This document shows, piece after piece, positions 11,118-23,520 of a DNA stretch of 64,000 nt. Position 1 is the first letter of the stretch. Each line of letters starts with the position of its first letter. The notes under the pieces are model-generated. The model had not been told where the DNA came from. It searched no databases and was given only the letters and a program-made list of their open reading frames with translations. The translations under genes and the position numbers were made by a program. Source of the DNA: Microbotryum violaceum. Taxonomy: Eukaryota. The DNA is taken from contig CDLV01000013.1 in assembly GCA_001244265.2 (NCBI GenBank), positions 744,001-808,000 of the forward strand. Reading direction: 5' to 3'.

Positions 11118-14009
11118 ATGGTCAGTACATACTCACCTGTCCTGCTTATGCTCGATGCATTGACCGACCCTGTTCCTGTTACGGTGGTGTGCAGTTGGTG
11201 CGGATCCGTTCGCGCGATGGCAACTTTCGCTTCGAGCTGCAGCCCAATGACGACGTGTCGGTGCTCATACAAAAGGTGAGCAGCACGAGTCATGCTACAT
11301 CGTTTCTATCGGGAAGCTTCTACGGCGAAGGAATGAATGGTCCGCTCCGATTCGATTTGCTTCAAGGAACGATGACGAAGCCCGACTGCCACCCCAAGTC
11401 GAGCACGTGCACGCGCATGTCGTACCACATCACCGAGTTGGCTTTGATCATCCAAACATTCATCATCTTCTTCTTACTTGCTGGAACTCTGCGCTGACCC
11501 GATCAACCTACCCTGAGCAGATCCTCGAAACGTCGGCGACGATCGACCCCTCAACCCTCGCACTGTCGAATGCACCTCGAGGAGGAGAGCAGCTCGTGTC
11601 CAATATTGCTGGGGACCTTCAGTCATTAGGGATTGGGTGAGTCGGATCACCTACCGACTTTCCACCATTTCTCGCCCGCTTGGTCCCTTGATCTCCAACT
11701 CACCCATCACGTCATCCCACTCGCAGGCATGGCGATCTCTTGTTCGTATCCTACACGCCGCTGCCCGAGCGCGCCACGCTGGCACCATCAGCATCTACAC
11801 CCGCTGCCCAGGCTGTCGCGTCGACGCTTGCGGGCAAGACTGTTCCCATCGAGACCCCTGCACCTTCGACCTCGGCGCCCATCCCAGCATCGACCTCGTC
11901 GACCGGCTCAAAGAAGCCATGGGAGTCCGCCAAGGTCGACGCTGTAGACCTCTATTGGGCGCAGAGGGATGGCAAAATTGAGCGCAAAAAGGGGGTCAAC
12001 GGCTGTCGATGTGGACCCAAGGCCATGTGCGATTACTGCATGCCTCTCGAGGTCCGTCCTGACCTTTCGCTAGGATTTCCAGTCCAAGAGCTGATCTGTT
12101 TTGAAACACTGCAGCCCTTTGATCCCAACTATCAATCCGATCACTCCATTAAGCATCTCTCCTTCCAAGCCTACTTGCGTAAGACCAAGGTCTCGGCCCC
12201 TCTTTCATCGACATCAACGAGCTACGTCCCGCCGCTGTCGAACCCGTCGTACCGTGTGCAGGTCCCTTGCTCGTCGAGCTCGCACCCGTCATGGCCGGCA
12301 GGGATTTGCACCAAGTGCCAACCTTCAGCCGTGACACTCTCTCGTCAGGTCTGGCGCATGACTGATCACGTCGAGTTCGCGGACCCGTCCATCATCGAGC
12401 GCTTCCTCAGCTTTTGGCGCCAATCGGGGACGCAGCGCTTCGGCTTCTTGCTGGGGAGGTACGAGCCGTACGAAAAGGTGCCGATGGGTGTTAAGGCCGT
12501 CGTCGAGGCGATCCATGAGCCGCCGCAGGAACCCCTGGCCGACGGCGTCTCGGTCGGTTTTCCCTGGGAGGACGAGGCGCGCGTCGCTCGACTCGCCGAA
12601 TCGTGTGGTCTTCAGGTCGTAGGGATGATCTACACCGACCTCGTTGCGGACCAAAGCAGTCCCGAGAAGAAGGCGCAGGGTAAAGTTGTATGCAAACGTC
12701 ACGCCAACTCGTTCTTCCTCTCGTCGCTCGAGGTCGTCTTTGCTGCGCACTTGCAAAGGCTTCATCCGAACCCGTCGCGGTTCGCCGAAGCGGGCCATTT
12801 CAGCAGCAAGTTCGTAACGTGCGTTCTGAGTGGCGATCTCGAGGGCAACGTCGCGATCGAGGCGTACCAAGTTTCGGATCAGGCGATGGCCATGGTCGAG
12901 GCGGATATGATCGAGGCCAGTGTCGACCCGGGTATCATGCGTGTCAAGGAGGAAGGACCGACACGTTATATCCCCGACGTCTTTTATCGATACAAGAACA
13001 AGTACAACCTCGAGGTCAAGGAACCGGCCAAGCCGTGTTTCCCCGTCGAATATCTGCTTGTCAATGTGAGTGCTGGATCGACAAGGCAGGAAAAGCGAGT
13101 GTACGAAGGCTAACATCCATTCGGCTGTGATTATTCAGGTCACCAACGGTTTCCCTCTCGCGCCTTCACCAATGTTCACCTCTGAGCGACCGTTCGCGAT
13201 CGAATCTCGGATGGGTCTACAAGATCAAAGCATGGCTTCGGCCGCTTCGACCTTTGCAGCGCTCGCCAAGGACCTTCCGCCAAGCCAAGTCGGATACTCG
13301 GCGCACCAGGACGCTGAGGATGGGGCATTGAGTAGCAGCGCCAAGGGTAAAGAGAAGGAAGGGACTTCTGGAAATGACGCTGCGACGCCGATCATCAAGT
13401 GGCTCAGTGATTGGCACTTGTTGGCGTTTTTGGACCAGGTTGGGTTGTTTGAGAAGGTGAGTCTCGATCTTTGGGGTCGCTCTCATGTCCTTTGAACTGA
13501 TGAGGTGATGTGTGCATGTGAACAGTCCGACATCGAGTTGATGGCTCAGATTGCCAAGACGAAGGATGCCGCGACATTGCGACGCCTCTTCGCGACTAAT
13601 AGCTGGCAGACTTTCTTGACGATCGCACAGGATGAAGGTGAGCGAATAAGTCACCATTACTGAATTGCTTATGATAAGTGCCTGACTCGTTCGTTCACCC
13701 CTCTCTCTCACCTCAGGACCTCGTGCGAATGGCAACGGTCCCAGTTCCGGCAACACCCTTGGTGGTGCACCGCAAACGTTCGACGACGGTTTCGAGATTC
13801 CACCCGACGTCGACGTACCTCCCGATGCATACAACAACTATGACATGCAAGACGTATCAATGGCCAATACTGGCAATGGTGGAGGGCTAGATAATGCTGC
13901 TGCTGATGGTGGTGGTGGAGCAGTCAGTGCGAAGGTGGCGTGCCCCCATTGCACGCTCGAGAATGATGCGGGGAGCACGGATTGTGTTATGTGTGGGTTG
14001 CCACTTTAG
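11118..14009 (+). CDS. NPL4: Nuclear protein localization protein 4 (Cdc48-Ufd1-Npl4 cofactor) with C-terminal NZF zinc finger
   Basis: M|LVRIRSRDG ubiquitin-like N-terminus, zf-Npl4 (CDYCMPLE, HPSWPAGICTKCQPSAVTL), MPN-like domain (QRFGFLLGRYEPY..VPMGVKAVVEAIHEPPQ, FSSKFVTCV, FPVEYLLV) and terminal CPHCTLEN...CVMCGLPL*. Confidence 0.96.
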
Positions 14010-16556
14010 AGATGGTGTGGGGGGAAGATTCGATGAGATGGTGAGATTGCAATTGAAAAGAAAGCGATAGCTATAACAGAGACGGTAGAGAAGGGATTAG
14101 ACATTCTCAGGCACGGTCGACTTTGAAATGCTCGCATGGATGACTTGACGAGATGAAGCTGACTGGAGTCGGTGAAGTGAATGTGAGTGCCAACGTGAGT
14201 GCCCGTAGATCACGTCTAGCTATAAGATGAAGCGTATGATCATTCGGAACGAGGATAGAGCTGGACAGGGGGCCAAAGTGAGCGCAAGTCTGCGGCAATA
14301 TCGGTGCGCAGCCTCGCGCGCAAGAGAGGTTGGGGAATAGAGCCCAGATTCAAATGACGTGGCTTCCGGCTCCGGCGGTACCGGGGGCCTAACGAGAACT
14401 TGCAGCACAGCCGCGCCTGCCTGATGCACCGCCTCAACGCTCTCGATGGGAGAGGATGACGTCACGGAGCGGAGGGGGGTAAATAGGGGCGTCCGCGGCA
14501 AAGGAAACCAATTCAGACAGCTAAGTCGAAGTTGCGCCGGATCGGTGATGAACGGAGGTACGGCACAGCTGCAGGGCGCTATCTGCCTACCCGAAAATTT
14601 TCATCAACGACCCAAGCAAAGCTCCCCCAGCTTCGAGTTACCACATTCCATAGCCCACCGCACCACAGTCGGCCATTCATCTTCCTCTGCTTTTCACGTC
14701 TGGCCGCCTCACAAATTATCGGTTCTATTCTCCTGCACTTACCCGTGGAGAGTCGCTGCAAGTCTCTCGCTCGCGGATCAGGGTAGCTTCTCAAATTGTT
14801 TGCACCATCGAGCCTGACACAAGCCTAAAACTACAAAAAAAAAACAGAAATGTGGTCCAGGGGCTTCGCAGCCTCCGACCGGAGGAGGATAGTTGGTCTA
14901 CGAGATGCTCAGCGATGCTGCGGTGCGCAGCACTTAGAACTTGACGGAATCAGGACATCAGGTACGTCGGAATAAGGGTCGGAGGGCAATGGCCAGGATC
15001 TATAGTCTAAAAAGATGATGAAAATTCCGGGTGCCGATTTTTCGTCCAGACCTCAAGAAAGCCATGTTTGTGACGCCAACTTAGCGCGTGATGGTGTTCA
15101 CCGGCGCAACCGAGACGCTTCCGACTCCGCCGCTTCGTTGTACCAAGGCTCAGGATTGGTAGAGGGGCAAAGCTCTATCTCCGAATAGTACAGTACTATT
15201 AACTCCGAAACGCGCCAAATGAATTACCGGATCTCACTCCGGACCCATTCACCTCCTATCGCCAGCATCGGGATCGGTCCTCTCGAGATGTGGTCGAGAC
15301 CCAACCGTGGGAATGTTTCGGGTACTCGGCTATAAGGGTACGGCGCCGGAACCATTCCAGTGGCCGCGTTCCCCGTAATTTGACATACCCAACTACTGCC
15401 AAGACAAGAGCCCCTGTTGCCTGTTACGACTTGCAACCTCCCATCTGGATCATCCACTGCACCCCGGGCATTTTCTTGGGCGATCGTGCCGAGACACACG
15501 CCGATCCAAGGATTGGGCCGCTGGGGCCTCGACTGAGTCCAAACCTTGCGTGCTAGAATTGGGCGATCGAAGTGAGTCTGATTCTGAACACTGAGGTCGC
15601 GCTGCGTCGGTAAGAGCTCCTGAACTGTTTCAGTCACACCAGTAAAACAAAGACTACCCGAACGACTCATCCTAAAGACATTCCGTTCGAGCCAGTCGTG
15701 ATGGCCGGTCTCAGATCAGGTCGGGGCGGTGGCCTTGGCCTTGGCTGTGCATCGAACGTCGGCGCGGTCAGACCCAATGCACGCCTTGCTTGCCGTCCAA
15801 GAATTCCCCCGAGTCAGAAAAAGAGGTGGTACAAGACATCCATCTGCTTTGGTGGTAAGTACCTAGTCGGAACCTAACACAGAGTTACAGACTCGGTGGT
15901 CAAGAGGAGAGTGCTGGGTCTGGAAGGTTTTCCGTCAATTTGAAATTCAAACGTAAGCTTGTGGGTACATTTTGATGAGCTGTGGGATCATGGATGCCAG
16001 CGACCAGTTCGCGGGACCGGATGTCACGCCGGGTAACCGCTCGGAACTTCCCCGGTACCGTTTCGATCGGGACTTCCCAGCTTCCCGAGGCCCCGGTTCC
16101 TGGGCGGTGGGGGTTTTGCGGGTTTCGACCAAATACCAGCGCCTGATCGCGGAAGCGGGCGCTATCTACTACTACTTTTAGTCACCGATTCCAGCTAGTC
16201 TTCAAAGACAGAATCTCACGAACGCCAGAGCCCGACTAGAGTATCAAGACCATCCCCCCTCTTTGTTCTGAGCTTTTGATCACCCTACACCTCCCTGCAC
16301 TTACTTCACTCCACAGCCGGCCTAGTAGTCCATCTTGACTCGTCGACCGAAACTCACAGCACGATACGAGGTCCGAGTTCGGCTGTCATCCACCAAGAGT
16401 CCTACGTCACGTCAGGAGTGCTCTCGATATCGAGGGAACGGGCCGGCTAACTGCACGCCTCGCGCACTCGTGGGACGTCGACGTCGCGACATCAGCTCAA
16501 CTTACTGTTCCAGCTGAGAGCTTGAGCTCGGATCGAAACCCATCGGCCGCACATCG

Positions 16557-19500
16557 ATGCTACCTCCTTTGCAAGCGGTACATCATCCACACCACACCAC
16601 ATCGGGATCCCATCACCAGCGTCACGAACAGCATCACTGCCACCCTTACGGAGACAACACATCGGACCTGCTCGTCGAGGATCTCGCCATCGGGGGCGGC
16701 AGCGCCAGCGCCAGACTCAATCTCAGCAGCAGCACCGCGGCGCCGTACGATCCTCCTCACTCGGCCACGATCTCCTCGGGTGACCATCGACTGCAGCATC
16801 AGCAGCAGCATCAGCAGCATCACCAGTATCATCAGCATCCTCACCAGCACCTCCAACAGTACCTGCCGCACCTTCCACCGATGCCCTCCTCGCCGTACGG
16901 AGCTCGGTCGGATGGATCGCCCTCCCAGGCTACGAGCTCGGAATACAAGCTGGGCAAAGATGGCCTTCCCAAAAAGAAGCGGAAACAGGTACGATTTTCG
17001 CTCAATGATTTTTTCCTCCTCCTTCTCATTCCCACAAGTCTGTCTCCCTCGACTCAATTTTTTTTATGGGCTGTACCCCATCCCAGGCGGTGACGAGAAA
17101 TCCGCTTCGGCATTGTTCCAAGTGAGAAGTGGGCAGAATGCTCGTCATGACGGCCTGGGTGGGCCGTTGAATGGGATCGGGCAAATCGCCCGCGCCCTGC
17201 CAGTGCTCGCCCGACGCCCAGCAGGCCCACACTTGCCGCGAGAGTGATGCGCAAGCGCGGCAACTTTATTTCCAAGGCCTCTCAAGAGTCGTCGTCAATC
17301 GATCACTGCTTGGATTCCCAACTCGATCGAACTAATTACCCGCGAATACCTGATAATTCGTACTAATGGATTACCCGCTCTTTCAACCCTTCCCACAGTT
17401 GGTGTAAGTGTCCCACGGACCATGCCTTGGTGTCTCTTCCGGCGCACCGACACGTCATTTGCGCAGGCATCGATTCGCGGTGCCCCGTCGATCACCTTAC
17501 TGGCTCAATCTGCGCGAAAATCTAACCAGTGACACTTTGCTGCCCCTCACCAACACAGTGCATGTGACTCGTGTCGGCTACGCCGGGTGCGTGCGCAAAG
17601 GGACCTCCACTTGTCCTGCAAATGTCCGAACCTCATCTTACTGTAGCCTTGCTCCACTTCTTCCTGATACAAACAGGTTAAATGCGACAAGGCCGAGATG
17701 GGTGGAGGCGATTGTGAGTCTTTGCCGGTCCATAACGATATTGCGTACGATCAGACCCTCTCAAGACATCATGCTCTTACCCGCCGCAGGCTCGGAATGT
17801 CTGAAGAAGCACATCAAATGTACGGACGCCTACGTTAAGTCCAAGCCGAAGGTCATCCGGAGTGGAAAGCTGATCCAGCAAGCCAAGTGAATCCGCGTCG
17901 ATCTCTGGATACCGGGCCATGGTGTAGGGATTGACATCAGCTATTGTTCAACTCTAACCAGGAAACTGTATGGGAACGGCGAAGACGGCGGAAGTGGCGA
18001 CGAACGGCAACCAGAGGCCGCCGGAGAAGAAATGGAGAGCAACGAAGATTTTGATGGACTGCTGTACGTTGCCTCGAACGCGATTCAGACCTCCGCCGAA
18101 TCGGCGGCCACTGGTGCCCCCGATCATGGGTCACCACCCCCTCCGACTGCCCCGCCGCTATCTCTCGTCACGGGGCCCCAATCCCGCATCATCTCGACCC
18201 AACTCGGCTTGGCGGTGCAGGACCATCTCGTGCAAACCTACTATACAGTGTTCCAGGTGCAGATGCACGTCGTCGACTGGCCCGTGTTTCAACAGACGTG
18301 GGATAATGCAGGTCGCAATGCGGCGGCGATGAGTCCAACGAACGAGTGCCTCGCAGTTGTGATCCAGGTACGGTTCGGTTCGGCGGAAGTACTCGGGGGT
18401 GCGGCCCTTGGTCGATCTCTCGCTCAATGGAAACTGTCCCACTTCCACAGGCTTGGGCCGCTCGTTTCTCGGACCACCCCGTCGTTCTCGGTCAGGAAGG
18501 CGCTCTGACCTTGCCGACCTTGAATGACATTCGACACCACAATGGCCAAGACTTCACCGACGTGGGGAACCGACGCGAACCGTTCGCGAGGGCGATGCTG
18601 GATCGCGCCCTCCAGGTGTGCGACGAGAGGGGAGCGCTGAGGAAAGCGAGTGCGGCTTGCTGCACTGCACTCTTGTTGCTCGAGTTTCTGATGGTTTGTA
18701 AGTCGATTGTCTTGTGCCGGAATAGAGTCACGTCATATCTGAAGCGTTGCTACAGGGGACAACTCGGGTAGGGCGCCGAGTTCGGCAGGCCGCTCGATGA
18801 TGGTCAACTGCGCAGAGCACCTCCGGTCCATCAACGAGCCTTCCTACGTCTCGGCCGACCCCGACGAAGTCGTTGTTCCATCAGAGCTGATCTCGGGAGG
18901 CACTTTGCTGTGGACGATGTACACGCGCGATGCACTGACTGCGTTGATGCGCTCTCAAACGCTCTGCCTCACCGACGAGGATTTGGCCGGCCTCAGCGAC
19001 CTCTTGGCGATCCAACCTCATGCTTCGGAAATCATGGCCACGGTCTCGTCGGAAAACCCCCAGATGCTGCTCGGACTGGCCGTCGTCTGCGTCTTCCGAC
19101 ACTTGACAAACTCGATCCGCACGTGTGCCAAGGCGATAGCAGGTCGTAAGTAATTCGCATGGCTGGCGCATTCTCGATTGCGCTCGGCTGACTCCGCTCT
19201 TGGCTTCGCTCTCTACTTGACAGCGCTAGCACGCCGTATGCGACTGAACGAAGCTGCGGTCCGCGAGGAGTGGTCTGATCTCGACCAATCGGTGCGCTAC
19301 ACAGCCATCTTCAAGGAGTCCGTCAACCGCATGGATTGGACCTCGTTCCCGACGGCCAAGGCGCACGCGTGGTTCCGCGACGTCACTGTCATGCAAGCGC
19401 AAATCGCGCTCGCCGTGCATAGCGTCGTCCTTGAGCGATGGACGCTCGAATCGTGCAACGAACGCTCCCTCGCTCGTGATCCGACGTACGCGGGTTATGT

Positions 19501-20309
19501 CGACATGTTGCATCAGCTCAAATGCGAATCGGACGAGCGCCTACTCACCTGCATTCGCGAGGTAACCAAGTACTACCGAGGAGTGAACCACAGCGTTGTC
19601 TTTGAAGGTTTGCTCTCGAGCGAGTTCATGAAGGACTACCTACAGGTAAGTCCACCGCTTGGGACTTTTTGGTGCCGGAGAGACAACATGTGACCAGCGC
19701 AAGAGATTGATTCCGTCCCGCTTACTCCTACAGCATTTGCTTCGATCGCCGACTTGGGAGGAAGGTGGTCCCGCGACTTGGACCTGGGAAGATAAGCAAC
19801 TTAACTGCGACGACGCGATTAAGGTTCTTCGCAACGGAGGTTGGTGCTGGCCCGGTTACGACGTCGTCATCGTTGATGCGATGCGACATCTCGCCGATGA
19901 GGGGGCGCGGATCGAGCAGCTTCAACGAAGACGGACCGGGTCGACAGCCTCGAACCCGGGACCTTTGGCACCGAACCATGGAGGTGCGGCTGGATACACA
20001 CTAGGGGGCTGGCGTGGCACACCGGGTACATCGCCGTCTTCGCAGCAGCATTTTCCCGCCCCTGGTGGGGCCGGTGCGGGTGAGTTCTCCCCCGCTTCGA
20101 ATCCGGCCGGCTTGCCCAGCCCTTCGACGTTCTCCTCCGCGGCGTTCCCGATTCCCGATCCGGCTTCCTCTGCCGGTACTCCTTTGGCCGCCTACGGTCT
20201 CGCGGGGTCACCCAATCCCATCGCGATGAACTTCCCTCCCCCATGCGGGCCGCCGCCGAGCGCCAACAACAAGAAGCTGGCGCACCTGTTGGGCAATGGG
20301 TCCGACTAA
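16557..20309 (+). CDS. Zn(II)2Cys6 fungal transcription factor with middle homology region
   Basis: Spliced KKKRKQ|LV|ACDSCRLRR|VKCDKAEMGGGD|CSECLKKHIKCTD contains all six cysteines. It is followed by a fungal TF domain (HLVQTYY.., WAARFSDHP) and preceded by a His/Gln-rich N-terminus. Confidence 0.9.
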
Positions 20310-20334
20310 GGAGGGATGCTCGATTCGCCGGTCC

Positions 20335-20430
20335 ACGCACACACAAGCACACACAAGCACACACACGCACACGTATACACGCACACGCATACACGCACAC
20401 GCATACACGCACACGCATACACACAAACAC
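20335..20430. repeat. Imperfect (CA)n/(CACG)n microsatellite in the TF 3' UTR
   Basis: cacgcacacacaagcacacacaagcacacacacgcacacgtatacacgcac... is directly visible. Confidence 0.9.
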
Positions 20431-20669
20431 GCTACTACACGTCATGATACATCATTAGAACAGGGGTTCCCCCTGCTCGGTGAGGAGGCGGTGATTCATC
20501 GGCTGTACGACTATTATTTCTGATTTTTCTTTGAAATTTGAAACGTGTTGTTGTCGCTGCTGCTGGGAGATGCGTAAGGCTCTCGCAGATGTCGTCGGGC
20601 ATTTGGAGACATGGATGAATACGTTTCAAATTGCGTGACAGCATCTTATACTACAACTGCCCTTTCCCC

Positions 20670-21320
20670 TCATTCAATCTCTGTAACGCCCAAGTCGGAC
20701 GTTTTCGAACTTTTTTTGCCGCGTACGTTCTCCGGAGTCGGCACGACGTAGTAAGCGCCTCGAGTGGTCGAAGCCAACCCCAGATACGTGGACGACGCGA
20801 TGTCTTCATGCTTATGTCGGTTCATTTCCAATCCAAGCTCTGTCGGCTTTGCGCGGATCCTCGCATCGACAAAACCCGCTTCCGAATCGGCTGGGACCGA
20901 ACTTGTATCGATCGACCTCACGCCCTCGACCAAAGCGACGAGTTCATCGAGGCCTTTAAGTTGGTCCCATTCTTGTTCGGTTTGTGGTGGTTCGAGCGCG
21001 CTGAGACGATGCAGTTTGAGGAGCGTTTCGCGGGACAAGGGGGGAGGGGAGGTCGGGAGGTAGGAGAGGAGCGAGTAGGGGGGCGTGAGGGGGATGCAGA
21101 GCGAGTCGACAGGGATCGAGGGGGAAGAGGTCTTGGGGGGTGGGATGGGGGATGTGCTTGGGTCGGATTTGGATGAATCGCCTTGTTTAGGGGTCGACGA
21201 TCGAAGAGCGGAGGTGCTGACGATCGAGCGTTGCGAGGTGCAGTGCATCGTCCGTACCGTCCATGATCGACAGACCCATGAAGAGGGTGAAGGAAGACTT
21301 GACAGTCTGCGCTGCATCAT
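20670..21320 (-). CDS. Probable mitochondrial Glu-tRNA(Gln) amidotransferase small subunit (GatF/GatC-like)
   Basis: Intronless 216-aa ORF with an Arg/Ser-rich presequence-like N-terminus, LSRETLLKLHRLSALEPP...LVEGVRSIDT and C-terminal LGLASTTRGAYYVV. This resembles the fungal GatC/GatF pattern, recognised from memory. Confidence 0.6.
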   Translation of the reverse strand: MMQRRLSSLPSPSSWVCRSWTVRTMHCTSQRSIVSTSALRSSTPKQGDSSKSDPSTSPIPPPKTSSPSIPVDSLCIPLTPPYSLLSYLPTSPPPLSRETLLKLHRLSALEPPQTEQEWDQLKGLDELVALVEGVRSIDTSSVPADSEAGFVDARIRAKPTELGLEMNRHKHEDIASSTYLGLASTTRGAYYVVPTPENVRGKKSSKTSDLGVTEIE

Positions 21321-21501
21321 TCAGTTATGTTGATGTCGGCGAAGGGCAAGAGGAACGTGCCTGGAAAGCGACAGCGACCTCGAAGCGCTTCCTCGCCGCT
21401 TTCTGGCCGGCAGGAGCACGTGACCGGTGTGAAGCACCTCGTTTCCCCTGCCTGCTCGCCATCTCTTCGCTGCGCCCCACCCCCTACCCCGCCCACATCA
21501 T

Positions 21502-23217
21502 ATGTCTCTCCCCTCCACGTCGATCCTAGCGACGACAGAAACGGCCTCCTTCGACACCAGCTCCGGCCAGCTGCTCATCTCGAGTGATCATCTCATTTCG
21601 ACCGCTCGATCTTACGCTGTCCACTTTGCTCCTTCCTACATCCCTTCCTTCCAAAAACCTCCTAGGGAACCCTACCAATCCCTACCATCTCTACCTCTCA
21701 ACCAAGATGAACCTCCCTTGACGGACGATGCTCGACCGAATGCTCGACCGAGGAAGAGGAAACGGGTCCAGAGGAACAGGGAAGACCTCACCCCGCTTGA
21801 GCATTGGAACGCTCGTCATAACGCCTTACAACGCTCCAGTACCGATCACGAAACGGCGCAACATCATGAGCGCATCTTGGCGAGGTTGACCGAGGCGGTG
21901 GAGAATATCAGGGAAGAGGTATTGAAGGGGACAAGGGGTGGTGTACTAGACCGAGCTGTGAAGGAACAGATGCCGCCGTCGGCGCAAGTTTGGCTGGGGA
22001 ATCTTGCTGGCCAAGTCCGCTGGGAGGCCAAGCAAGAGGATGCGCGGCCTGAATTTGATTGGGTATCATTACTCGACCGTCCAGAAGAATCGGTTGACAG
22101 AGAAGTCGAGCCGGTACCTCTTCGACTGAATCGAGGGGGCGAAGACCACGAAATCTCGGAGCTGTCTCCCACCGAACTACCGAACCGGATCATCATGAAC
22201 GACTCGCCGGAACGACACGCCCTCCTCAATTTAACGAGGTCCAACCCAAGCCTGGTCCTTCCTCATCGCTCGGCATTCTTGCTGCAAGACTTTTCGAGGT
22301 GGTCCTTACCCGGTTCACCGATCCGGAGATTCGCTCAAGCGATAGGGGCTTGGGATCTCGTCGTCCTCGAGTGAGTCACAAACCTCGACGGTGTGCGATT
22401 CTTCATCGATGTTGGCGCGCTCACTTCCTTCTTCATCCTAGTCCACCATGGCCCAATGCTTCAGCCGCTCGATCCTCATCCTATCACACCTTCGACCCCT
22501 ACGCCTTGGGCAAACTCGACATGACGGCCCTCCTCCAATCGGAGACTGCGTCCCGACCGACTCTCATCGCCGTCTGGTTGACAAACAAGATCAAGGTAAT
22601 CAATCCGAATTCAATCTAACATTAAAGTCCCAGAGAAAAACCTGATGCATCTCTCCTGTCATTTCAATCCGTAGTACCGTCGCCTGCTAACGAACCAACT
22701 CTTCCCCTCTTGGCGCATCGACCCTTCGACCCTCGCCGCCTGGTACTGGATCAAGACCACCTCCCTAGGGCATCCCCTATGGTCCCTCGACTCGACTCAT
22801 CGAAGGACGTACGAGCCTTTACTCATAGGTTATTCATTACCGAAGAAGTACGATAAGGTGAAATACCCTCTTCCGGCTTTGCCGAGGGACAAGGTTTTCT
22901 TGGGTGTTCCTTTGGGGCATTCGAGGAAACCGGTTTTAGGCGAATTGTTGGAGGGGTTCTTGGTGCCTAGGGATGAGGCGGAGAAAAAAGGTAGGAATGT
23001 GTTGGAATTGTTTGGGAGGACGTGCGTTGGTTCCACTTTGGGGACGAGGAGAGGAGGTAATTCAAAAGGTGGGGTGTGGCTGAGCGTCGGAAACGAGGCA
23101 TGCAAGTTCAATACCGTTGAGGAAGGTGGGTCCTACAAGGGGTGGCTTAAAGAAAGGACAGAGGGAACCGCACAGCAGTGTGAAGAGTCAGAAGCCAAGA
23201 AAGAGAAAGCTGAGTAG
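21502..23217 (+). CDS. MT-A70 family N6-adenine methyltransferase, METTL4-like
   Basis: Splicing joins WDLVVLD|PPWPNASAARSSSY (catalytic DPPW). Later motifs are IAVWLTNK, WYWIK...HRRTYEPLLIG, GHSRKP, LELFGR and WLSVGNE. Confidence 0.88.
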
Positions 23218-23520
23218 GGAGCTCATTTCGAGCGGGCACAAGTCAATTTGGAAACACTATGCTACGATTTCCTCTCCATGTTTTGAACAATATTTGACTT
23301 CTAGGGCAAGAGACAAAGACGAACTTCTACTTTGTAAAAAGAGCCACAAGAGCTTTGTGCTTTTGAGACACGAAATTGATTCTGAGAGAAAGAGGACAGG
23401 ACGACCGAGACGGAGACAATCGCACACTAAGCCGATAATGAAGAAAACGTCCCTATGCAGTCGAATTTTGAGAGAACAGAGACGAGAACGAATCCCAAGG
23501 ACCAGGATCGTAAGATTTGC

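Noticed and set aside
14835..14935. Small hairpins next to an A10 run, a possible minus-strand Pol III RNA
   Set aside because: No recognisable tRNA cloverleaf, A/B boxes or snRNA motifs, so it cannot be supported without a covariance-model search.
15224..15670. 148-aa ORF in the long intergenic region upstream of the TF
   Set aside because: No recognisable domain, codon pattern or splice structure.
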